A stretch of 63,963 bases of DNA, filler included, from Sluysia triapertura (lineage: Eukaryota): assembly GCA_046118255.1 (NCBI GenBank). It is 5 parts of 5 records of this genome, joined end to end, with 100 filler letters (N's around TTAATTAATTAA, not from the genome) between each part and the next. Parts side by side here need not be neighbours in the genome. Positions count along the whole stretch, not along the records: positions 1 to 11,174 come from JBJNIA010187834.1; positions 11,275 to 22,840 come from JBJNIA010183335.1; 3 more parts are not named here. One strand, 5' to 3'. This document shows positions 1 to 13,422 of the stretch, piece by piece (position 1 is the stretch's first letter; the number at the start of each line of letters is the position of its first letter). Below the pieces are notes generated by a model that did not search any database, had not been told where the DNA came from, and saw only the letters and a program-made list of their open reading frames with translations. Position numbers and translations under genes: made by a program.

Positions 1-366
1 AACAAAAAGTGCAACATAGTTATCGAAGCTACAGAGTATCCTACTTCGATAGCTCTTCTTTTTCCCTTACCTCCCTCCTCCTTTCAATCCTTTTTGCCAA
101 ATCTTTACGAGCACGATAAGGCTAACTTTACAAGATGGAAAAATGGAACATCATTCACACATGTTCCACCCATGACGGCAGAAGATGAGGATCGCTTAAT
201 TTTCGTAGCGTACTCATATGCTTATGACTTCTTACACCAACCACACACCTCCCAGATATCTTGCACACCTTACTCCCGTCAGTATTATAATTCTTATATT
301 GACCGTTATTCCATCCAATCAGAATTCATTATCCGTTGCAGCAGCGACTGTAACGTAACATCATAG
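1..366 (+). pseudogene. Truncated paralog of the orphan 427-aa ORF at 27208-28491
   Basis: Frame 1 is open from base 1: IVIEATEYPTSIALLF...LPNLYEHDKANFTRWKNGTSFTHVP...LIFVAYSYAYDFL...TPYSR. It aligns by eye to VQIEAEEPLTTFAVLF...FPLLYKSDFDNVYYWQQGFTFTHTP...LMFMAVHLALDFV...TPYHR. The 5' end lies outside the window and the frame stops early. Confidence 0.7.
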
Positions 367-689
367 AAGAATTTTTGTTAAGTGCAAAGATGACAAAATG
401 TAGAATAGCTTTAGATCATTATCGATGTATGTGTAAATGTTTATTTCAACATTTGAAAGTAAATATGCGATGTCAAGGTAATACAAGTTGTTGCAGTGAG
501 ACAGATTTAACGCAAAATATTGTTAAAGATAATGAAACAATGAATGAAATAATTAAATTTTAAATAAGGACTTTTGAATATGATGTGAATACTGTAAAAT
601 GTGTTGTTGACTGAAAAATAGAAATAGAAAAACAGAATGTACAATAGTGGTCATATTATTAGACTAAAACAGGAAGAATATGTTTTTCT

Positions 690-1080
690 TTGATGGTCCG
701 TCAAAAAGTGGTAGTTTGGCAAAATGTGGCAGAAAGAAAAAAAACATTCTACGATGAATCATAATGTTACCAGTATGACTTTGCAGAAGCAGTTAGAGAC
801 TTGGGGAATTCACGTTAGTACCAGAACTGTTGGGAGACTTGTTAACAACGGTTTACGAGCGAGACGACCCAGAAGAAAACCTAAGTTGACACAGAGATGA
901 TTAATAAAAGGTTCGCATGGTCTAAGCTACACCAACATTTAATTGAGAATGACTGGAGTCAAGTGTGTTTAGTGACAAGTCGTCTTTTCAAGTTTTGATC
1001 AAAGACCACTTTTGTAAGAAGGAAACCTAATAAGGAGTTTCACCCTAATTGTGTCATAGAAACTGTGAAACATCCAACTT
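690..1080 (+). mobile_element. Degenerate Tc1-family transposase fragment
   Basis: Frameshifted translation includes NNGLRARRPRRKPKLT, KRFAWSK, NDWSQV(F)SDKSSF and PNCVIETVKHP, which are typical Tc1 HTH-to-first-D motifs. Confidence 0.8.
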
Positions 1081-1879
1081 TTGATTAATATCCTTGAAAA
1101 ATGGTCTTTCGTCTAATAATTTGCCCACCACCATATATGCATACGTATTTGGGGAAGTGATTTTAAAAGCGAAACCTGAAGAAATTAAATCACATAGTAA
1201 AGATTATCACATATATATCGTGCTGATTTGTTGTTGAATGACATTACTAAATTATATCAATTAAAGAAGAAAAATAAAATAAAATTATTGTTTGAAAAAT
1301 TAATTATTTGAATGTATTTTAGTTTGTTTGTTTTTATTAGTTGTAGAAATTTTATGCGGACTTAATTAAATGTTTAGCAAGAAGTAAAAGTCAAGTTTTC
1401 CATTCCTTACATGAAAGAAAGACATTCATTGTGCCGTTATGTGAACGGATTTAGTTCAGTAGATGTACTTCTATATCGACCACGACTGCCAGTTAATTTT
1501 AGAACGAAATGTTTCATCAACAAAATAAAACTATGCTGCATTTTCTCATTTGAACGTTGTGTGGAGGGCAATAAATAATCGAATTTAAACAATCTATTAA
1601 TATTTTCATTTAATTTTAATTTTTTGTCAAAAATATTTATAACAATAATTAAACAAAAACGTTTTAACTTTAATTTAATTGTCCGTAACAAAATAGGCGT
1701 GTTAAGAAATTTAACACGATAACAAAATTTGTCATTTTATTATTTATAAACAATAAAGAAAAACAAAACGAGTAAATAGTAAATACAAACGAATTTAATA
1801 ATAAAACTAGCTTGATTAACTTGGATCTAAGTGTTACGATCAAAAATTCTGTTAAGACAAACATTGAATTAATAATAAG

Positions 1880-3050
1880 GAAAACTGTTGATGCAAAAAA
1901 ACTGAGAAATTTGGAAAATGAATGCTGTTCAACCAGACATATTTATCAATTGAGATCCACTCAAGTAAGGCACAAATCGTTATGAATCCACTTGTTTTTA
2001 ATAAACTCATTGCATTTAGACCTTATATTGTATTATTAGATTCCATTTTGGATCATTAGGCCATTCTGTTGTTAAATATACATTTTCAAAAATCATCCAC
2101 TTGATGCAAGTGAATAAGAAGTGTTGATTGTTTTTGTGAATAATTCATGCCAGTTTTTGCTTTGTTGAGGTATTAAATATTCATTTAAATCCGCAAAAAC
2201 AGTATACTTATAAATACCTTTAGTTCTGTATAAACAATCTTGTAAAATATCCATTTGTCCAAAATATTTTATTTGTTCTACATAATTTGCTTGTTTAGGC
2301 CAAATGTCAACTTTTAATGGCAATTTCCAATTAAGAACTGTTATTAAACCTGCTTTTCTGAAATGATTGATTATATGGTTAACTTTTTCCCGTGTTGAAT
2401 AATTATACATAAAAATTTTATCAACTCCCAGAATTTGACTAATGATTATTGTCTCTAAGAATTGATCTATTTTATTATATTTCATATTTAACGGTGAAAC
2501 ACAAAGTGCGAATAAATCCTCAATTAATTATTTATCATTTACAATGGTAACCGTTAAGTTATTTCGAACATCATTTGACATTTTTTTTAATAATTGATAC
2601 ATGTTTTGGTAAATGTACCACGTTCAAAGAACAAATGAGGATTAAAGCTCTATAAAGTAAGTCTAAACCTTCAGGAATTTCTAGTGGATAAGCTTTTGTT
2701 ATTTCTGTGGTGAATTTTTTAAATATATTTTTACCATATTCTAAACAAGAATAACCATGCATTTTTTTCGAAACTGATGACTTAAATTCGACCTTTTGCT
2801 GCCATAATAAATGCACTATATACGTAATTATCTGCCAATGTATTATTAAATAATTCGACTGGTTGAAATAATTCTTCGGACATTTTTGATTCTGATCGTA
2901 TAGTAGTATTGAGAGGTTTTTTAATATTTAATTTTACTAAACGTTGAGTTTTTAGTATTTGTGCATTATACTTTACATTGATAAAATAAATGAATGCTAG
3001 AACTATAAAAACTATAGTTTAATGACGCAAACGAAATATGATGCCCAGAA
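1880..3050 (-). pseudogene. Glycosyltransferase family 92 (DUF23) pseudogene, intronless
   Basis: N-terminal hydrophobic segment, then YVYSAF, FALCVSPL, LGVDKIFMYN, YFGQMDILQDCLYR and VFADLNEYLIP (DxDE-like). Interrupted by frameshifts and stops. Confidence 0.75.
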
Positions 3051-3149
3051 AATATTCAAACCTTGTTTTTATGGTACCATGGGATTCCACATCCAACCAA
3101 TATTGATTTTTTCATTTTTTTAATTAATTATTTTTATTATTTTTATTAA

Positions 3150-6100
3150 TGGTACTGATATAATAGATCTACATATTGTGTTATCACATTGCAAATAAAT
3201 ATAATTTCTATATGTTTTAAATAACGTACACTTAAATTTGAATCACTAACTGAATTGTTAACCGATTTGTTGTTACCTGTCAAATGTAAATTAATCGAGT
3301 TAGTTATTTCATTTGATAAGCTGTTTTTATTTGAAGTTAAGTTATTCGATGGTTGTAATAAGTATGGTGTTGTAACAGATGTCAATCTTGTTGAAGTTGT
3401 AGACAATGTTGCAGTTATAGGAGTACATTGTTTATATTTATGGTGATGTTGATTGTTAATGTCACTACTTGAAGAATTGTCAAATTTAGATTGTTTCTGA
3501 AAATTCGAAGTTGATGGACGTAGAATTTGTTGATTATGTGAATAACGTTAATGACGTAAATGAGAATCTTGTGAATTATTCACCATGTGATTGTTATTTG
3601 ATTGTTATTGTACAAAGATGAAGTATAATTTCTGTTAGATTTTTCTGACCACAAATGCGAATCTTTTTTAGTAGATGTGTAATGATCATCATCATTTGAT
3701 GGACTATTTGATAAGTTTTGATTCTGATCCCATGTAGAATTTGAATGTGGAGGAGGCATACCGATATCGCGTTGACTGAATAATTTCTCATCATTAGTAA
3801 TGTTTGGTACTTGAGAATCTTGATTTTTCACAGCAAGTGCTTTTTGTTTTTTTCTTTTTTTTATATTTTCATCATTTCATAATAATTAGATGTCTCACTA
3901 CTACTTCTAGTACGTTGTGAATCACTTCGGTAACGAAAATCGTTTGTAGCTGATGATGAAACAATATTCATTGAATTATTGATACAATCATTTTTTGTGA
4001 ATTAGTATTATTGTTTTGATCATTTTTAAAAAATATTTCCATTTACTCTTCATACAATTTACTGACTCGGTCTATAAAGGGATCTGGATTTAACACTTTA
4101 TTATTAAATAAAGTTTTAGTCATATTATTTTTGATGATTTTTTCAGGCGAAATATCATTATCAGATGAAATAGTTGAAGAATATTGGTTCAATAATTGAG
4201 CTGTACAAAAATCTTTCATCAAAATAACTCTATTAGAACTAGATTGATTTGTTTTATTCATAGCAGTTTCCTTTAAATAGTAATAAATGTGTTAATAAGT
4301 CTTATAGATAATTAATACAAGCGTGTAAAATCAACATTTACTCAGGTGTATCTCAGAATAAAAGTACTATATTTATTTTAAAACGAAAACAAATGCGTGT
4401 TAAGTCAATTAATTTAATTTTTAGATACAAATTAATTTTGCTGTTTTCATTATCATATGCATAAAATTCACCAAGAAAAAATTAAATTAATTGTTAATGA
4501 TGCAAGCCATTATTTTATTATTCTTACCTCCGATGCCTTATGAGCCTTGATATTGTCTGCTTTGTGTGTATCTAAATAAAAAATACATTCAATATAAATA
4601 CGTCATAAAGGATACATATTGACTTCCATTAATGATAAAAATAAATTGAAAATCTTTTGTGGTGAAGTTATGTATTTGTGACACGAATACCGTCATAATA
4701 ATAAAGGATACATTTGAAAAATAATACCAAATGATTATTCTTTAACTTTCACATTTTTTTAGTTATTTAAAAATGGTTTGGTAAGGAGCTTATTTTATTC
4801 ATCTTCAGTAAGAGTTTGATATAATCACTTAGCTCCATAAATTATTTGCAAATGCAAAACATTTTAAATATCACACCATGCTTTAAACTGTATCCAAGAC
4901 AATAATATAGAGAAAACTTTTACCCAACTTCGTCCCACTGTACTTATTTGAATACATTTCATTATTTATTTTCTTTTTATTCTTGCATTTTTTTGCATTT
5001 GAATTTAGTAAATATCAAGGTAAACACCCTTTTTAAGTTAAGAACCAATTTTTATGTAGAATAACTTATTTTTGCAATAACATAAATTTTATTTAAATTT
5101 ATCTAAAGAAAATGTACGTGATGCGAAATTAATAAATCAAAAGACCAACTTTCTAAATTTATATATTTGTCTTGATAAAACTACAAATGTCTCAATGCAC
5201 GTCACACTTACACCCAAACTTAGTTTTCAATCAAAAAAATAATAAAAAAAGTAATAAATCCATTCCAAAATGAGATTTATATTTTGGAAACTAATCTATA
5301 AAAATGATATACCAAAGCTCGATTAAAATTGTTAATATTTCACCAATTTTTATTTCAATTGTAAAATATTTTAATACAATTTCTTTCACTGTCAGTGTAA
5401 TTTTTCAAGAGTAATATGATTGGAGTTTAAATTGGTTATTTAGGAATTTAGGATGAATAATTCTAAAATGAAGTCAGTGCATTTAAAATATATACATTCT
5501 TCGCTAAAGAAATACTTTTCAACTTTAACTATTTTGATACTTAAAAATTTACATTACTATTAAGTATTACATTAATCAACTATTACATTACATTAACTAT
5601 TACGTTTCAAAATGTTATTTTATCTTATATTCACAAAAATGGGTCTATTATTTTATTGCTTTATATAATTCATTAATATAATCAAAACACGTATTATTAT
5701 TATATTTCAGTAATTGTTTAATCATGTATTATATCTTGGGTTGATTCATAAGTTGTGCGGTTTTTAAAATTCATAGTGATCAAGAATAAAAACTATGCAA
5801 AAAATTCCAGATAAAATGAATTTATTAAATCATTAGAAAAAAATATCTGTCTCAATCAGTGACATAATCACCGCCACAATCGATCACTTCATTCTATTGT
5901 CTGGTAGTTTGTCAATCCCACATTTGAAGAAGCTTGGTGATTTTTGGTCGAAAAATTCTTCAATCCACGTTATTGCCTTTTATCCACAAGCGCAACAAAT
6001 CATTCTGGTGACTTTTGCAGCGTTTAAATGTTGATTAAAATAGAAAAGGAATGTTCATTTTTATCTACCTGCCACTCCATTTTAATGAGGGTAATGCAAG

Positions 6101-7433
6101 TGAAAGCTAAACAGATAATTAGCTGAAAGAATGTAACTCAAATCAGTTAAAACAAGAAGCTGGTGTTTTCTTTGTGACAAATGACAAATTTATGCACCAA
6201 CCCAAAAGTAAGACAACATAAAAATTAAGTTTTCTTAAAAATATTCTACTATAAAATTTATAGATAACCAATATATAAACCGTTCTTTATTGGAGTTTAT
6301 TTCTTAGAAAACAGCCTATATGAAAGATGCAGATACTTTATTCACTCAAAACTACAAAAAAATCAAAATAAAATGGAAATACAAGTCTTATAACTAATCA
6401 TTAAATAATTATTGATTGCTGTTCAATAACAAATAATTCCATTGTATTGTTCGTACAATATACACTATTTTACAAAATTTAAGATATCATATGGATCATT
6501 TTGTATATAAGATTCTTTGTTTACTGACCACTGTAACGTTTTACATATAGACAATGTGCATGCAAATTACGTTTACAAAAAACCATGTCAACATTCAAGT
6601 CTCAATAAATAGTCTTACAGTAAATTGATAATGAAAATTTAATTACTTGTACATTTGGTTACACTTTATTGCAAGGAAACCTAACTTTAAACTCGATTTG
6701 AACAGCTTCAGAATTTAAAATTTTGAAGCAAGGAACCAATACATTTTGCAGTTTTGAATTTTGAACTTACATAAAAACAAAATACAGTGTATAAAACAAA
6801 AAAATTCTTTAAAAAATATAAGATTATGTATTTTATAATTATTAAAAATTCTAATGTAAATTAAATTTGTTAAAATATATTCCATGTGAATACTGTCGCA
6901 GAATTTCATCTGTGATAGTAGATAATCAACATCGATGTTTCAAACATAGTCATTTTGTACTTTATAGACACCAAGTAAATGAAGCCTTTTACATAAAAAG
7001 CGAGAATATAAGTTTTGTTAGCATTAAATTCAAAAACGCATTAGAGTCAATGATTTGAGCCACAGCCTGATTTATACGATACAAATTTAATTACAAATAA
7101 TAGTGAAAATATAATTACATAAAAAACTAAATAATCAATTAACAAAATATGCAAAAAATTACAATTACTTGGATTAGTTTTTGTATTTTCATGTTTATTA
7201 GGTGATTTCAAAACACGATCTTTACCATATTCTGCACAAAATTTATCGTTACGCAGTGATGAATCAGAAGTAGATTTGTGAAGAGAGCTAGGATTACTGT
7301 ACACTAGGTTTTGTTCTATTGACAAATTTATAGCATCTTTTAATGTTTCCGTTTTACCGATATCAGAAGAAATGTCTTTATATCTTCTTTTAATACACGA
7401 CGCCGATGTTCTTGAATTATTATTATCTTGTAT
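3150..7433 (-). pseudogene. Low-complexity S/N/T-rich coding exons of an unidentified, probably disrupted gene
   Basis: Several AG/GT-bounded segments (about 7170-7433, 4530-4573, 4047-4272) plus ORFs 3580-3831 and 3146-3406. Frames do not join cleanly and no domain was recognised. Confidence 0.3.
5855..6100 (-). mobile_element. Mariner transposase C-terminal remnant
   Basis: WIEEFFDQKSPSFFKCGIDKLP...IDCGGDYV resembles the mariner C-terminus (FF..K...FY..GI.KLP.RW..VID..G.Y). Confidence 0.7.
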
Positions 7434-7845
7434 CTAAAAACATTTAATAAAAATACTAAAACGAAATCTGTTTAAGCTTATACTATATTAAAATAGATAT
7501 AAATTATCAAAATTTGCTTTTAAATTGTTTAATTTTAGATTGTTTCTAAATAATATTTTGCAAAATATTAAGTTATCCCAAAATAATGTACCATTTGCGA
7601 AAATAAAAAATATTTTTATTCAAACTATATATTTATTATTCACAATAGTAACCATCGTTTTCCAAACATTCTTGCCAACGACGATGTAACTGGTTAATAC
7701 TAATACTAACCATTAGTTTAGAAGTGACGGTAATTGTTACTACTAAAGGTTTTGATCTTTAAAAACTGAGCTATTGACTGAAACAATATTTCACTAAATT
7801 CAAAGTGAGCCCATTCTAGATTCACATAATAAATGAATTTAATTT

Positions 7846-7848
<3 letters not shown>

Positions 7849-7910
<62 letters not shown>
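7849..7910. repeat. (AAT)n microsatellite
   Basis: About 20 perfect AAT units. Confidence 0.95.
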
Positions 7911-7913
<3 letters not shown>

Positions 7914-7934
7914 CAATAAATAAATAAAACTTAC

Positions 7935-8094
7935 AAGGCAAAAGTTTCATTGTATTCTGCACTCCACATATTTGATTTTGTTTTAGTTGCAAATTTACGT
8001 TTTTTATTAGATATATTTGGTCCTAATAAATTTATTTCGACAAATGGTTTGAAAACTGTCGTTGTTTGCCAGTTAAGTTTGCGTACTGACAAAA
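7935..8094 (-). CDS. unc-13: unc-13/Munc13 C-terminal C2C domain exon (isolated)
   Basis: tttcag|...|gtaagt exon encoding LSVRKLNWQTTTVFKPFVEINLLGPNISNKKRKFATKTKSNMWSAEYNETFA, which matches the Munc13 C2C pattern LKWQT..FRPFVEV.L.GP.LSDKKRKFATKSK.N.WSPKYNETF. Neighbouring unc-13 exons were not found. Confidence 0.8.
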
Positions 8095-8194
8095 CTGAAA
8101 TTAATGCAATAAGTTAACATTGACATATCAAGGATGATATTTGTAGAAAAAAAGATCAAGTTGATCGGTAACTTACAATTGTAAGGAATTGTTT

Positions 8195-8520
8195 TATTCA
8201 TCAAACTATGTATCCATATTGTTTATATACATTTGCCACTTGGCGGAAGATTTTTCATGCAGGTTATATAAAACCCTAGCGGATTAGAATCAATGATTTT
8301 GCGGCATTGTCGGAATTAAAATATATTTCTATTAAAAAAGTGATAGTCAGTGGAGGTTAGTTCTGGTGAGTATGGAAGATAATGAAAATGTTCCAATTCC
8401 AATAAGGTAAAGCGAATAAGCTGACCAATCTAAGCTCTTTTCATACATTTTGTATATTTCTGTTGTGATCAATATTGTGCAGTGGTCTGCGTCTGGTTAT
8501 TTATCCTTACCCAACCACTA
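8195..8520 (-). mobile_element. Mariner transposase remnant
   Basis: LELEHFHYLPYSPELTSTDYHFF (a YSPDLAPxDY motif) followed by IDSNPLGFY. Confidence 0.75.
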
Positions 8521-8879
8521 TGCTGAACGTGATTCAGACCTAGGTTCATTAAATGTCAAAGAATGAATTTATAAATATTGCTCAAACAATTTCACTTGTT
8601 TTAATTATAATACATCTTTTTCTCAACCTATTTTAAAGTATAAGCTAGTATAGTGTTTATTGAATGAAGGCAGTACACCTTGATAAGTAAACATGTATTA
8701 AACTGAGTCATACTTATTTGTGCTCGTCTAAGATAGAAATTCGAACTTTACTATTTCATTATATACACAAAAAATAAATGACAAATTTGATACTAAAATA
8801 ACGACCATTGTTTAAAATTCGTAGCATTTTTAAATTCTAAAATTTCAGATTTTATTCAATTTACAGTATTGTAATAAAT

Positions 8880-9500
8880 AACAAATTTTTTGCAAAATCA
8901 CTGCATTATTGGAAAAATCGCTATCAAAGGTACAAAAGAAAAATGCCAATTGAAAATGATAATGTAATAAAAGTATGTATTACTTAGAATTGGTATCAAA
9001 GTTTAGAGATCTAAACCTAATCAAAAAACTTCAGCCTGGAAAACAGACATTAACTGATGAGTCGCCAATATTATCTACTAATATTGGACTTTCACACTCA
9101 ACAGTAATACATAAGTTACATTCATTAGGTAAACAGGTAAATGTGCTTAAAGAAATAATCCACGAAAAGTCTCAGAATTGAAATTTAAAACCCTAGAGAA
9201 AATCCTTTAGATAAAGATTTTTCAAGCGAATTGTTATGTGTGATGAAAAATGGGTTTACTTTAAAAGTCCTAACAAGACTTATACGATACTTTCCAATCG
9301 ACAATAAGGATGAAAATCATTGATAAAAAGCTTATGATTAGCATTTGACCGAATATGTTATGAGATTATTCCTGATGATCAAAACAAAAATTGTGTCTTC
9401 TGTGAACAATTAACCAAGAAAAGAATAATTACGAAGTTTTACCGCACCATTATATTTTCATTTATTCAGATCCACTGTCAATTTTCTTGTCTTTCTTCCA
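8880..9500 (+). mobile_element. Mariner transposase remnant
   Basis: GLSHSTVIHKLHSLGK (second HTH) and FFKRIVMCDEKWVYF (first catalytic D, TxDEKW motif). Confidence 0.75.
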
Positions 9501-10080
9501 AATACAAGAAATAGTATAAAAAGCGAATTTTAGATTTTGCTTTTAAATGGAAAATGTCTTAGAACATATTTTTTTGATGTTTTATTCAAAATATGCAAAT
9601 GCATATTTTAATTTTCGTCAATTTTTAAATAGTGGCATAATCTCTTACTTAAAGTCTTATTTAATTGTTCACTACCATTTTAAATAGTCAAACAGTCTTG
9701 AATTATCCTGTATAAATTTTAATGTAAATATTAGTTTCATTTACATTAAGACTCGTGTAATTTTGAAATCCAAATTTTAAATAGTGGAGTAAAATCGTTA
9801 TAATCATTACATTAGAAAATATTGAGTGTGATATTTACAACTGACCTAAATTAAACATTATAGCTCTATTTGTGCATTTGAAAAAATCTTGTATCACAAC
9901 AAACTTCATTAAAATAAATCTATTTTCACTTTTAATGAGTATTCTTTTAAATATAGAAATATACAAATAAAGAAATTATAGCAATTTGTTCGATTAAGAT
10001 AGTTACTTTTTCATTTTCGTACATTGTTTTAACAAAATTTTTACTGTGTTTAGAAAAAATGTTCTGATGATTATATATAT

Positions 10081-10176
10081 GTTAGACTTCGTAAAATGGA
10101 CTGACCGGGGATCGAACCCGAGACCATCGCTGCGCAGTTCGATTGCTCTACCACTGAGCTATCAGCACCGTCTAAC
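10081..10176 (-). mobile_element. tRNA-derived repeat (SINE or pseudo-tRNA), copy 1
   Basis: Reverse strand has A-box TAGCTCAGTGGTAGAGC, B-box GGTTCGATCC, acceptor-like GCTGA/TCAGT and a TTTT terminator, flanked by the inverted repeat GTTAGAC/GTCTAAC. The anticodon stem pairs poorly. Confidence 0.75.
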
Positions 10177-11099
10177 AAATTCAATTCTACCAAATGGCAC
10201 TTTAGGCCTTTTACCCCAACAATATTGTTAGTGTCTGTTGCGTTACTCCTGGTTGCTTTGTCTTAATTACATTGTTATTTTTGTTATTTTAGTTGTTCTC
10301 TTATTGATAATAAATTATATTATGATTTTTTGTTTAATAGTACATCATTTTCGTAGTTTTGATTTGATTTTCAAGAACTTAAATTTGGTATAATAGTTAT
10401 TACTTTTATAAAAGAAGATTACTGCAGAAATATATTCGATATACTGACTATTTAAATTATTATGTTTCCTTAGCTAATCAAGTTAATATTGAGTCATAAT
10501 AGCTAATAATTTTAAAAACGCAACATATACACTAACTGGACAATACCAACAGGATTCACCCTCTCATATTTTGTAAACAATTTTGTTATTTTAGAAGATT
10601 CCTCTTGATTTTAATCTAGATAAATGATATACATTTTGAAGTAACTTTGTATCATACGATTTTAAAGTGATATTTTTAGAGAGTGTATATTTGTGTTATA
10701 ACTAGATTAGGATTAAGTTACACAAATTGATATTTATGGTTATTATAGATTTAATTTGTTTTGATAATTTTTAATAATTTCATATTTCAGATAATAATTA
10801 TTTTATAGATTGTTTAAAGTATATTAAATTGTTGGTTTTTTTGATTTCTTCATTGGATCTATAATATTCGAAAGTGATTTATTATTGTGATAAATATATT
10901 ATTGGTAATTATTATTATTATTATTATTATTAAAAATATTTCTGTGACATTAATATAATTCCGAACACTTTTGTGTTGTCTAATAATTCCCAAATTCACA
11001 ATAAGGAATTAAACCGACCATAATGCCTTTGACATGTAGGTGCGTGTTATAATTGTAAATATTAGAGCTGAAATTTTTAAAGAAATTGTAAATAATTAT

Positions 11100-11174
11100 G
11101 TTAGACTTCGTAAAATGGACTGACCGGGGATCGAACCCGGGACCATCGTCTGCGCAGTCCGAATGCTCTACCAC
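11100..11174 (-). mobile_element. tRNA-derived repeat, copy 2 (cut by gap)
   Basis: Near-identical to 10081-10153. Confidence 0.75.
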
Positions 11175-11274
11175 NNNNNNNNNNNNNNNNNNNNNNNNNN
11201 NNNNNNNNNNNNNNNNNNTTAATTAATTAANNNNNNNNNNNNNNNNNNNNNNNNNNNNNNNNNNNNNNNNNNNN

Positions 11275-11284
11275 AATAATAATG

Positions 11285-11348
<64 letters not shown>
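11275..11348. repeat. (AAT)n microsatellite
   Basis: AAT run at a contig edge. Confidence 0.95.
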
Positions 11349-11350
<2 letters not shown>

Positions 11351-11619
11351 TACAACATTTATATTTGCAGCTGTTTCTTCCTTAATATTTCTTTTCCAAA
11401 CTATTAATTTGTGTCGAAAATAGGTTTGATTAATAAAATTAATTAAAATCGATCTTCTGAAGATGTCAGTTCTCAACTTGTCTGTGTTATAAAGATGGAA
11501 ATGTTATTAAGGTTTGCTAAGTATGATAATTAAGCCGGACCTCGTATAATTTGTGTAAATTACATTACAAAATAGAATCGGTTTTTGTTTTAATAAAATA
11601 ATAAATTTACATTTAATTG

Positions 11620-11917
11620 CTAAATTGATCGTTTTGGTAGATCCGCAAATTGATGGAATATTTATTACGCATGCTTTAAGTGTCGTCGTTATGACAACAT
11701 TCTCGAGTTTCCCAATAACAATAATTATTTCCGATCTCGTGGTATTGTAGTTCCTATATTCCATCTGTGAATTTTCACTAATGCTGAGATTCAGAGTGTA
11801 TAATAAATTCATAACTTCATCTTTCATGATCCACCGGAACCACAAAATCAATAACGATGTTCGATATTGTAATACCGTAAGTTTATGTATCGTTAAATCA
11901 TCTGAAGTATACAACGC
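11620..11917 (-). CDS. FN3-like exon, divergent
   Basis: LTVLQYRTSLLILWF...LYTLNLS...LENVVITTTLKAC has FN3-like B-strand W and C-strand Y spacing and resembles ORF 13372-13812. Confidence 0.35.
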
Positions 11918-12086
11918 TGTTAAAATAAATCTTTATTCAGAAATGTGTAATTTTTAAAACAATACAACTTATTCGATTTGCTGAAAATCAGCACACCGAA
12001 ATACACATGTTACTGAAAACGAAAACAATTATACAAATTATAAATAAACATATTTGAAAATAAATATTTTATCTTATTAAGTTATT

Positions 12087-12229
12087 GGCGTACACTCAAA
12101 CTTGTTTATGAGATTTTTTATTTGTTCGATTTTTTGTGCGTTTTTTGTGGGTTCTCATTTAATCACAATTATGAGATCGCGTAAAAAACGCACAAAAAAT
12201 CGCATAAAAACAAGTTTGAGTGTAGTGCC
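12087..12229. mobile_element. Palindromic MITE (PIF/Harbinger-like ends)
   Basis: Ends GGCGTACACTCAAACTTGTTT...AAACAAGTTTGAGTGTAGTGCC, inner arms TTTTTTGTGCGTTTTTT/AAAAAACGCACAAAAAA, and TTATT direct repeats on both flanks. Confidence 0.75.
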
Positions 12230-13422
12230 TTATTAGAAAATTCAAACATGACTCGGAAGGTGAGGAAACGAACTGAAAATCGATTAAAATTTAAGTGGAT
12301 ATTATTCTTTGACTTATCCAAGATAAACTTATTCAAATAAAAGTACGATAACGAAACTTTCTATAACCTGAACTTGTACTTGCAAAATATCTGAGAGTCA
12401 GTCAGCCTCATAAACACGATTTACGTTTATTTCTAAAGGACGTGTTATTAGGGTTTCTAGAATCAGTAGAAGCTTTTATATTCATTGACAGCATATGTTT
12501 AAATGTTATTTTTATGAACGAAATAACAATGGGGCTATCTAACTGATGTCTTTTTACTTATTCGGTTAAACAGATATATATTTATAAATTTATATATTAT
12601 TGTTTTCTTGTCGAATAGATAATAGTCAGTTAATATAGGTGCAACTAAACCAAAAATAATTATATACAACTAAAATTTCTTAAAAAGATCGAAACTAATC
12701 AAAGCAATACGAACAAATGAATTGTATACAACACAAGAATTAAATCAATTAAGGTTTCAGTTTAATTGCAAAAATTACAGAACAACTCAATATAATAATG
12801 ATAAAATTCAATATAGTAATAAGAGGACTTAATAATATTTTATGATTTTAAAAATTATTTTAAGCTAACCTTTAAGGTCTAGAGTTCAATTAACGAATTT
12901 AGCCTCTGCCTTTGAATTGTTTTAAAGAATAATAAAATAGAATATGTTAAAACTAAAACTTGTTAGTATTTATAGCAGTCAATGACTAATCGCAATCGAG
13001 TGGCAGAATTCCACAATCTTTTTTAGAAAATAATATTTTCCTTTTTCGAACATTTACGATTTTAGAGTTTTTTGAATGGTTTATATCTAGGTTTACTAAA
13101 TCTTGTTTACTTTGTTCAATAATACGAGAGTTTATAAATTTTTCATTTTTTAGAATATAAGCGGTTGCTTTATGGGTATGTGATACCTAATTATTGATTA
13201 TTTGTATACTTATTCATCATATGTATTGTAATATAATTATTTCAATAATGTAAATTTGTTTGTTTATGCATAAAATTAAACGTCACATTATAAAGTGATA
13301 AAAACAACACAATTTTATAGTATTTCATGGTCGTGGTTGGCTCCATGTTAAAATATTTTGTCTCAACGTAATTAATTAAAATTCGTTAAATTATATACCA
13401 AAATAAAATCAAAGTCAAAATT

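Noticed and set aside
10081-10176. Functional tRNA gene
   Set aside because: The anticodon stem is mispaired, copies vary by indels and the flanks are shared between copies. It was treated as a tRNA-derived repeat.
11219-11230. TTAATTAATTAA palindrome in the middle of N runs (also 22885, 36968, 52894)
   Set aside because: It is identical in four gaps and has stops in all six frames, so it is an assembly linker and not biology.
11219-11476. ORF with a poly-Tyr tract
   Set aside because: It is a translation of the (AAT)n microsatellite and the gap.
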